DNA of 64,000 nucleotides. Source: Thermoanaerobaculia bacterium (GTDB lineage Bacteria; Acidobacteriota; Thermoanaerobaculia; Gp7-AA8). Location: contig JBKJQB010000010.1 of the NCBI GenBank assembly GCA_046594105.1, positions 14,096 to 78,095 on the forward strand, in the 5' to 3' direction. The notes below the pieces were generated by a model. It had not been told where the DNA came from. It did no database searches and was given only the letters and a program-made list of their open reading frames with translations. Shown here one piece after another: positions 57,347 through 64,000 of the stretch. Made by a program: the position numbers and the translations under genes. How positions within the stretch are numbered: position 1 is the first letter of the stretch; each line of letters opens with the position of its first letter.

Positions 57347-58566
57347 CAACGCTCGACGGCGGCGGTCTCCGCGAGAGCCGGCACCCACCGATGATCGACA
57401 GAAATCAGGCCCACTTCGTAACGTTCTCCCCGGATTGAAAACGCCGGCCGGATGTCGCGCCGATCGAACACGGAAACGGCCGTTTCGTCGCCGGCGAACG
57501 CGATGATCGAATAGTCGCCCCGATTGAGAGGAACATCGTGAAGCTGGACCACCAGCTCGTACTCGTTCCGGCCCGTCAGCGGCGCCACCCCGTCGCCGTG
57601 CGTTCCCACGGCAAAGCACTGAAGGTCATCGGCGGAGCGATGAACCCCGACGATGACGTGAATTGGCTGCCACGCCTGCTCAGAGTCGATTCTGAGTCGC
57701 ACGTGAATGTCCTCGCCCCGCTCGAAGACATCGCGGGGAACACCGCTCCGATCGCAGACCACGATCTCTCGAAACCGGACCGGGGTCAGCGCCCTCTCTG
57801 CCTCCGCCGCCCCCTCGTTGGCCGGACGATCACGATCGCGCTGCAGGAGAAAGGTCTCGTATTCGTGAACGACGTCGAGCGACGGCCCGTAGCGCATCAC
57901 TCGTCCATGATCGAGCCACAGGGCCCGGCGGCAGATCGAGCTGACGTGGTAGAGCGCGTGCGAACAGAACAGAATTGTCTTCCCCTGCTCCTGGAACTCC
58001 CGGATTTTGTCCACACACTTTTTCTGGAAGTGGCCGTCGCCGACGGCGAGAGCTTCGTCGATGATCAGAATCGAGGGGTTGGCGTTGACGGCAACAGAGA
58101 ACGCCAGGCGCATGTACATCCCGGAGGAGTAGGTCTTCACAGGCCGGTCCAGAAAGTCGCCCAGCTCCGAGAACTCCAGGATCGCCGGCAGCCTCTCCCG
58201 CAATTCTGCCGATGAGAGTCCGAGGATGGTGGCGTTGAGCGACGCGTTGTCCCGGCCCGTAAACTCGGGATGAAAACCGGTTCCCAGCTCCAGAATCGAG
58301 GCGATCGTCCCGTCGGTATGCAACGTTCCGCTCGTCTGTCTGGTGACGTTGCAGAGCAACTTGAGCAGCGTGCTCTTGCCCGCTCCGTTCTGCCCGATGA
58401 TCCCGATCGTTTCGCCGCGCTCAACCTCGAATGAGACGTCATCGAGAGCAGGAAAGACCGTGTGCCGGTTTCGTCCGGTGATCGTCTCCAGCAGCCGATC
58501 GATAGGCCGCGGATAAACGTCATATTGCTTGGTCAGCCTGTCGGCGCGAACGGCGATGTTCATCAA
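57346..58566 (-). CDS. Wzt/TagH-like polysaccharide-export ABC transporter ATP-binding protein with C-terminal carbohydrate-binding-type domain
   Basis: Walker A GQNGAGKST, ABC signature YSSGMYMRLAF, Walker B ILIIDEALAVGD, H-loop CSHAL, plus a ~160-aa C-terminal beta-rich extension as in Wzt. No Wzm permease gene is adjacent. Confidence 0.85.
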   Translation of the reverse strand: MMNIAVRADRLTKQYDVYPRPIDRLLETITGRNRHTVFPALDDVSFEVERGETIGIIGQNGAGKSTLLKLLCNVTRQTSGTLHTDGTIASILELGTGFHPEFTGRDNASLNATILGLSSAELRERLPAILEFSELGDFLDRPVKTYSSGMYMRLAFSVAVNANPSILIIDEALAVGDGHFQKKCVDKIREFQEQGKTILFCSHALYHVSSICRRALWLDHGRVMRYGPSLDVVHEYETFLLQRDRDRPANEGAAEAERALTPVRFREIVVCDRSGVPRDVFERGEDIHVRLRIDSEQAWQPIHVIVGVHRSADDLQCFAVGTHGDGVAPLTGRNEYELVVQLHDVPLNRGDYSIIAFAGDETAVSVFDRRDIRPAFSIRGERYEVGLISVDHRWVPALAETAAVER

Positions 58567-58615
58567 TCGTATTGTACGGTTCGCGCTTCCGGTTCATCGC
58601 TCCCGGGGGCCAAAA

Positions 58616-58647
58616 ACAAATGTGGCGGGCCGAAGCCCGCCACATTT
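58616..58647 (-). terminator. Rho-independent terminator downstream of the PKD-repeat protein gene (minus strand)
   Basis: caaatgtggcgggccgaagcccgccacatttg is a 13-bp stem with a cgaa loop. On the minus strand it is followed by gtttttgg. Confidence 0.8.
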
Positions 58648-58673
58648 GCATCAAACCATTCGAAGAGACGGAA

Positions 58674-61600
58674 TCAGTGGCGTCCGGCCCGGCGGCGTGG
58701 AGTGACCACCGGCGGCGGCGGCGTGACGGGTGCACCGCCCCCGGCAACCTTGACCTTCTGCTTGATCTGAACGCTGCCAGAACTATTGGTGACCGTGAGG
58801 ATCATGTCGTACGTTCCGGCACCGGTCGCGTACTTGTGCGTGGTCAGCAGACCACTGCCGTGCGCCGTCTTGTCGCCGTAATCCCAATCGTAGGTATGGG
58901 AGCCGCAGCCGAAGGTGTAGCCGCCATTCGGATACGCCTTGAAGCCAATCTCTTCATCTGCGCCGCAGTCCCCGTAGCTCGAGGTGCAGCCGCTGACCGG
59001 TCCGGTGTATCCGACGTACGCGTTGTCCGTGGTCATCGGTGGGCAGGAGCCGTTGAAGACGGCCACACGCACCGGCTGAGTGAGCGAGACCGATGAACCG
59101 GTAGGATTGCCGATGGTGACAGTCACCGTGTAGTCGCCGGGCGCCGCAAATGCATGCTGCGGTGAGGGCGAGCTCGAAGTGAAACCATCGCTGGTGCGCC
59201 ACGAGTAGGTGTGAGTCCCGCAGGTCAACGGGTATCCGGCCGACTGCACGCTGAAGCCCAGAGACTCGCCCGAGGCGCAGGTTCCACCCGGCTTGCACGC
59301 GGCCGACTGCGCGCTATATGCGAGCGAGACGTTCGTCGGGTTCAAGGCTGGGCAAGTGGTCACCGGAGGAGGCGGTGTCGTAACGGTCCCCACCTGCACC
59401 GGCTGCGCGATGGTGATTTGCTGATAGCCATTGAAGATGGTCACCGAGGCGCTGTAGGTGCCGGCCGCGGCGTAGGCGTGAGCCGGCGGGATCTGTCCCG
59501 TGCCGGTGGTGTTGTCACCAAAGTTCCATGTGAACGTGTGGTCGGCGCAACCGAAGTTGTACCCGTTCTGAGAGTAAGCATGGAAGGTGACCTGCTCGCT
59601 GGGGCTGCAGTTGCCGTTCGATGAAGTGCAGCCCGAGGAGGCGCCGTTGTAGCCGATGTAGGCGTTTGTTGTGGAGAACGTTCCGCACGGGCTGCCGCCA
59701 CCCGGGTTCGGAGTGGGAGTCGGCGTCGGAGTGGGGGTCGGAGTGGGGGTGGGCGTAGGAGGCGGCGGGCTGTTGCCCACCAGAACGCTCGCGGTCAGGT
59801 CCTTCGGGTTTCCACCGTTATCGATGTGCACAGTGACGTTGTACGTGCCGTTCGCGGCGAACGTGTGAGGTGGCGCCGAGGCGGTTGACTGGGTGTTGTC
59901 TCCGAAGTTCCACGCGAACTTGTCGCATTCCTTGTTGGGGTAAACGCGGAAGTTCACCGTCTCACCCGAAGTGCAGGCCGTGTAGGGACTTGAACAATTC
60001 GACGACACCCCCAGCCATTGAATCGAAGGTGAGTCAGAGCTGCCACAGGCACTTGGAGCCAACGCGATCGTATCGGCCAGCGCCTGCGAGCCGAGGGCAT
60101 TGCTCACCGTGACACTGACTGTGTATGTCCCCGGCACAACGATGGACGGTTTGAAGGTTGCGAACTGAGTTCCGGCGCCCGCCAGTCCGTTCACGACTGA
60201 GGGTCCGCTGACCGTCCACGTGTAGTTCCACGACGGCTGACTGGCGGCGGACACGACATTGAATGTGCAGGGGGTTCCAATTGTGGCGCCGCACGTCTTG
60301 GACAGCGTTGCGCTGGGTCCGGTGAGCGATCCGAGGGTGCTGCTGGTCGCGGTGAATCCCTGGCAGCCGGCACCGAGCGCCGTAGCGCTCACGGTGACCA
60401 CCAGTCGCGCCTTCAATGCCACGCTCCCGAACTTGGATCGGGGAACGATGAACGAGGGAACGCTGGCCAGACTGGCCGATCCGGTCGCGGTGGCCAACGA
60501 CGTACCGTTCGCATCGAGCAGATCCCATGTGTACTGAGCGGTAGTGGAGGAGGCTCCGCCCGGAAGGTCAGCCGCAATCGAGGAGACGCGACCAGCGGCC
60601 GGGAAGGTCACATTCACCGTGTCGGCGGTGGGCTGGCCTACGCGGAAGGCGAACGGCGTTGACGCGTAGACGAAGGAGCCGATGGAATAGACGGCATCCG
60701 CAGAAGTGGGATTGAACGCCGCGTCATACGGCCCGTAGTGGGCCAGGTAGTTCAACGTGTGGGTGCCGCAGACTCCCGCGCTGGTGGATGCCGAGGGAAT
60801 GGCGCGGGATGTCGCGGCATCCAGACGCCATTCGTTGAAGTGACTCTCCACCGCACCGTCCGAGGCGTCGATGAACTCGTCGCTGGTGACGATGGGAGCG
60901 GCGGAGCTTGCATCCGGCTGCAGAAAAAGCAATTCAGGACGACCCTTGACCCCAAAGCGAACCTGAGGAGCCTTGATGGTGACGCTGAGGGTGTCCGTAA
61001 TGTTGGGATCGAGGGCGCTGGTTGCAACGACCTGCCGAGCCACCGAGGCCGACCCAACCACCGCGGCATATTGATGCGAGATATCGGCACCAGGGAGAGC
61101 GTTGCCGATGGGAGTGTTGTCCCCGAACGACCAATTGACCGACGGAGGAGTGACGGCAGACGACCCGCTGGCGAACGTAATCTTGTCACCATAAATCGGG
61201 CCGGCATTGGCCACGCTCGCGGCGTTGGGATTGACCGTTTCATACGTGGTCTTCACCCTAGCGATGATCGAGTCGTTCCCTTTGATCTCGTAAACGTCGC
61301 CGAAGCCAGTCGCCGCTACCACGAGGTAGTACTTCGTTCCGCTCTTGTAGACCTGCGCGTCATGAAACGTGCTGGTCTGCGTCGGGAAGACGTATCCCTT
61401 GTTCGATCCGATGGCCGTGTAATAGTTGGCGAAGTAGTTTCCGAGCGGAACGTCGGTCGGAACGGTGCCGGCCAGCTTGAAGAGCCGGACGTTTCCCGAA
61501 GCGTTTGCCTCAGGACCGAAAACCGTGAGGTATCCGGCCCCGTAGTGGATGTTCGGATAGCCTCCGAAGTAGGCGGTCCCGACCGGGTAATCACCAATGT

Positions 61601-62645
61601 TGGTATACCCGTTGCCGTTTGCGGATGGCGCGAATACAGAGATCAGAGCGCCGCTCGCTGCGCTGTTCACGGCGTAGAAATTCGTACCGTCCGTATCGAT
61701 TGCCGAGTACGTGCCGGACTTTGCGGAGAATCGGGCAACCGGTGAATTCGTGACAAGGCTGTCGTTGGTGTAGATCTTCACCGAGCCATCGAGATCGGCC
61801 ACGCCGATCCGGGTTCCCGCGGCGTTCTTGGCAAACTTGTAGATCGCAATCTTGGAAATTCCGCGTCGCTCGTGCGCCAGCTGAGCGCTGGTACCCATGT
61901 ACCAGAGATTCGAGTTCTGCGAGTTGTCCGCGGAAACCAGCGCGTAGTAGCCGCCATCGCTGGTCTTGAACGACATGATGTTGGAGGGGGAAACATCGTC
62001 CCCCCCGGTTACCTGCTGGTACGAACTGGTCATCAGGCTGGCTTGGTTGCCGCCACCATCGAGCACGACTCCCCACCCGTAGACGCTGTACGCCAGGTAG
62101 ACGTAGCCGCGATCATCCCAGTCGAAGCCGAACAGCCGGTCCTGCCCATCGGCGAGAGGAATCTGCCAGCCGCCGGGGCCTTCTGCATAAAACCATTGGC
62201 TCCATCGCAGGAACCTTTCCGGAGGATTGTGATTGGTGTTGTACGCCACGGGCACTTCGTTCTCGGGCATCAAAGCCTCGCCGGCTTCGAGACGCGTGAA
62301 AAACGTCTTGATGTCGTACGCGGCCAATGCACTGCCGAGGATCATGTAGATGCGTCCGCGATCAGGAGCGAACTTCACTTGATAGGCGCGGGCAGTCCGG
62401 AAGTTGAACTGAATGTCGCGTGCGTATTGCGAATCGAGATACCTCCCGGTGAAGGTAGCGATCGGAAGGCTGTAGGGAGCGGTCAGCTTGCCTTCCTTAC
62501 CGGCGCAGGAGGGGGCTCCGACAGGACAGGGAACAGGAGTATTGGGAGTCTTGGCTGGGACGGGCCAGCCCTGTCCATAGGCAGCGGGTAGAACAGCGAG
62601 GCTCACACAGAGCGACAGCAACAAGCGGAGTCGATTCGGAATCAC
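58674..62645 (-). CDS. Giant secreted protein: N-terminal beta-rich region, (Pro-Thr)n linker, multiple PKD domains
   Basis: Signal peptide MIPNRLRLLLSLCVSLAVLPAAYGQ. Four or more repeats with the PKD signature (WNFGDNT...H.Y...G.Y.V.V...N). Linker PPPPTPTPTPTPTPTPTPTPNPGGG. 1323 aa. Confidence 0.8.
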   Translation of the reverse strand: MIPNRLRLLLSLCVSLAVLPAAYGQGWPVPAKTPNTPVPCPVGAPSCAGKEGKLTAPYSLPIATFTGRYLDSQYARDIQFNFRTARAYQVKFAPDRGRIYMILGSALAAYDIKTFFTRLEAGEALMPENEVPVAYNTNHNPPERFLRWSQWFYAEGPGGWQIPLADGQDRLFGFDWDDRGYVYLAYSVYGWGVVLDGGGNQASLMTSSYQQVTGGDDVSPSNIMSFKTSDGGYYALVSADNSQNSNLWYMGTSAQLAHERRGISKIAIYKFAKNAAGTRIGVADLDGSVKIYTNDSLVTNSPVARFSAKSGTYSAIDTDGTNFYAVNSAASGALISVFAPSANGNGYTNIGDYPVGTAYFGGYPNIHYGAGYLTVFGPEANASGNVRLFKLAGTVPTDVPLGNYFANYYTAIGSNKGYVFPTQTSTFHDAQVYKSGTKYYLVVAATGFGDVYEIKGNDSIIARVKTTYETVNPNAASVANAGPIYGDKITFASGSSAVTPPSVNWSFGDNTPIGNALPGADISHQYAAVVGSASVARQVVATSALDPNITDTLSVTIKAPQVRFGVKGRPELLFLQPDASSAAPIVTSDEFIDASDGAVESHFNEWRLDAATSRAIPSASTSAGVCGTHTLNYLAHYGPYDAAFNPTSADAVYSIGSFVYASTPFAFRVGQPTADTVNVTFPAAGRVSSIAADLPGGASSTTAQYTWDLLDANGTSLATATGSASLASVPSFIVPRSKFGSVALKARLVVTVSATALGAGCQGFTATSSTLGSLTGPSATLSKTCGATIGTPCTFNVVSAASQPSWNYTWTVSGPSVVNGLAGAGTQFATFKPSIVVPGTYTVSVTVSNALGSQALADTIALAPSACGSSDSPSIQWLGVSSNCSSPYTACTSGETVNFRVYPNKECDKFAWNFGDNTQSTASAPPHTFAANGTYNVTVHIDNGGNPKDLTASVLVGNSPPPPTPTPTPTPTPTPTPTPNPGGGSPCGTFSTTNAYIGYNGASSGCTSSNGNCSPSEQVTFHAYSQNGYNFGCADHTFTWNFGDNTTGTGQIPPAHAYAAAGTYSASVTIFNGYQQITIAQPVQVGTVTTPPPPVTTCPALNPTNVSLAYSAQSAACKPGGTCASGESLGFSVQSAGYPLTCGTHTYSWRTSDGFTSSSPSPQHAFAAPGDYTVTVTIGNPTGSSVSLTQPVRVAVFNGSCPPMTTDNAYVGYTGPVSGCTSSYGDCGADEEIGFKAYPNGGYTFGCGSHTYDWDYGDKTAHGSGLLTTHKYATGAGTYDMILTVTNSSGSVQIKQKVKVAGGGAPVTPPPPVVTPRRRAGRH
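59706..59760 (-). repeat. Simple-sequence (Pro-Thr codon) repeat inside the PKD protein gene
   Basis: Plus strand ggagtgggagtcggcgtcggagtgggggtcggagtgggggtgggcgtagg encodes PTPTPTPTPTPTPTPTPTP on the minus strand. Confidence 0.7.
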
Positions 62646-62767
62646 AGTTTCCCCCAGACACCCTCACAACACGTTGGCGGACGGAAAATTCGGGATTGAT
62701 GAACTAAAGACAACCGGAGGCAAAGGTTATTTTACTTCACGAATCCCGAGAAAGTCATCAGAAAAGT

Positions 62768-62799
62768 GAAGGGCGGGCCGGTTGCCCGGCCCGCCCTTC
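62768..62799 (-). terminator. Rho-independent terminator downstream of the last (partial) gene (minus strand)
   Basis: gaagggcgggccggttgcccggcccgcccttc is a perfect 12-bp GC stem. On the minus strand it is followed by acttttctg. Confidence 0.75.
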
Positions 62800-62820
62800 G
62801 GCGACTACGTGAGATGAGAA

Positions 62821-64000
62821 CTATGGATTGACTGCTCCACCGAGAGTGGCCGGCGAGCAGTTCGGAGCGGCACCGGGTACGCCAGAAGCGAGCCCCGGGC
62901 AAACCAGCGGGCCGCCAAGCTGCGAAGCCGGAGAGATGGTAGCGCCTGCGGGAACAGCAGGGGTGCAACCATTGCCGAGCCAAGCTGCGTCGAAGTCCAC
63001 CGACAGGCGGTTCGCACCGACAGCACCGAACATGGAGACGATGACCCAGTTCTGGCTGGTGGTGCGGCTACCGCTGGTGCCGAGGGCTGCAGCGCCGACC
63101 GTACCGAATCCAGCGCGCTGAGCGCTGTAGACGGCGACAGGAACGCCAGCGCTCGCGCCGACCGTGCTGGTGGCGTTGTTGCTGAGGTTCAGGTACATCC
63201 AACCACCGACGTCAGTACCGCCGAGCGTCGGGTAGTTGGCGGAGGTCGTCGATGTACGTGACGTCTCCGGAAGCGGCGGGATACCACCCGGGCTGCAAGG
63301 CGAGCAGATCAGGTTCGAACCGAAGCCGTAGGAGTTCTCGCGCTCGTCAAAGCGAACGATGTTGGTGACGGCGAGAGCCGAGTTGACGGTGACCGCGCAA
63401 CCAGCGGTACCGCTGGTCACACCTTCGCGCCAGATCTTGTAGTCGGTCGCGAAACCGGCTCCAGCGCTCTGGATGTAACGAGCCGCCCACTGCGACGGAA
63501 GCGGCTGCCGGCGATCTGCCGTGCGCGCGCCCGCCGGGGTGTAACGGTCGTAGAAGGTGAAGGGAAGGATGGTGGGGACAGCCGCGGCGCCGGCGAAGCC
63601 GGAAAGACCGCCCTCAGGGACGGCGCGAATGTGAACCATCGGGTTGCCACCGGCGTCATATCCAGCGGTCGTGCCGGAGCCAGAAGGCGCCGGTCCGAGC
63701 TGCTGGTAATCGCCGATGAGGGTGTTGTCGAACAGGATTTCTGCCGACGCGCCCGTATAGTACGAGGAGTTCGTCGGAAGAGCCGTCGAGCAGGTTGCCG
63801 CAACGTCGATCGTCACGTAACCGATTGCACGCGTTCCATGGTTGGCACCAATGGCGCCCGAGCAGCTCACGCCACCCGTGGAGTAACCCGTGCCGGTGGT
63901 CAGCGCGTTCCGCACTGCCGTCACGAGGTCGCCAGGGAGATTTCCAGGGAGACCGTTGCAGGTGGATCCAACCGACGCCAGGAAGTTCGGGTTGGAGGTG
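62821..64000 (-). CDS. Secreted Gly/Thr/Ala-rich protein, C-terminal ~390 aa (partial; 5' end lies beyond the window)
   Basis: The reading frame stays open from 62821 to the window edge. The track start GTG 63924 is not the real start. Low-complexity beta-rich composition, several Cys pairs. No recognisable catalytic motif. Confidence 0.5.
   Translation of the reverse strand, partial: TSNPNFLASVGSTCNGLPGNLPGDLVTAVRNALTTGTGYSTGGVSCSGAIGANHGTRAIGYVTIDVAATCSTALPTNSSYYTGASAEILFDNTLIGDYQQLGPAPSGSGTTAGYDAGGNPMVHIRAVPEGGLSGFAGAAAVPTILPFTFYDRYTPAGARTADRRQPLPSQWAARYIQSAGAGFATDYKIWREGVTSGTAGCAVTVNSALAVTNIVRFDERENSYGFGSNLICSPCSPGGIPPLPETSRTSTTSANYPTLGGTDVGGWMYLNLSNNATSTVGASAGVPVAVYSAQRAGFGTVGAAALGTSGSRTTSQNWVIVSMFGAVGANRLSVDFDAAWLGNGCTPAVPAGATISPASQLGGPLVCPGLASGVPGAAPNCSPATLGGAVNP

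Overview
High-GC (~65-70%) bacterial chromosomal segment. The gene content (DUF11 repeat protein with an IPTL-CTERM tail, many glycosyltransferases, PKD-rich giant secreted protein) suggests an Acidobacteria-like organism, but that is inference only. I can support about 60 protein-coding genes, one tRNA-Leu(GAG), a textbook CIRCE operator in front of groES-groEL, and several rho-independent terminators. I see no CRISPR array, transposase, integrase or prophage gene.

What I can identify with confidence:
- Housekeeping islands: fabI; ald; groESL; surE-pcm; acyP-apt-sthA; queD; accC with a BCCP gene; tpiA-secG-tRNA-Leu.
- Efflux and ion transport: a TolC-like/MFP/RND efflux operon; corA; mgtC.
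- c-di-GMP signalling: a histidine kinase -> LuxR-type response regulator -> PAS-GGDEF-EAL module, plus a separate GAF-GGDEF protein.

The parts most worth a second look:
1. A ~12.4-kb pair of convergent operons (46193-58566) that looks like a glycan or acylated-glycolipid pathway. It contains a PIG-L/LmbE deacetylase fused to a GT2, a GT4, another GT2, an HtrB/PatA-like acyltransferase, a CE4 deacetylase, two methyltransferases (one fused to an unknown N-domain and a zinc ribbon), a FemAB/GNAT-like protein, a CheY-like receiver, a further GT2 and a Wzt-like ABC ATPase. It is followed by a 1323-aa PKD-domain secreted protein.
2. A ~967-aa membrane protein built from a degenerate Ser/Thr kinase domain, a degenerate class-III cyclase domain, a TM segment and TPR-like repeats (38435-41338).
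3. A 1113-aa DUF11 tandem-repeat protein ending in an IPTL-CTERM sorting signal (16352-19693).
4. An MglA-family GTPase with a ~170-aa Pro/Ala/acidic C-terminal extension and no adjacent MglB (2337-3386).
5. A repeat-rich, hairpin-dense ~700-bp intergenic region with MITE-like inverted termini (9291-9996), plus a recurring REP-like hairpin element at gene 3' ends.
6. A structured leader with a short SD-equipped uORF in front of mgtC.
7. A 56-aa ORF that is a truncated paralog of the adjacent S8 peptidase N-terminus.

All product assignments come from motif recognition by eye. No database search or computation was run.
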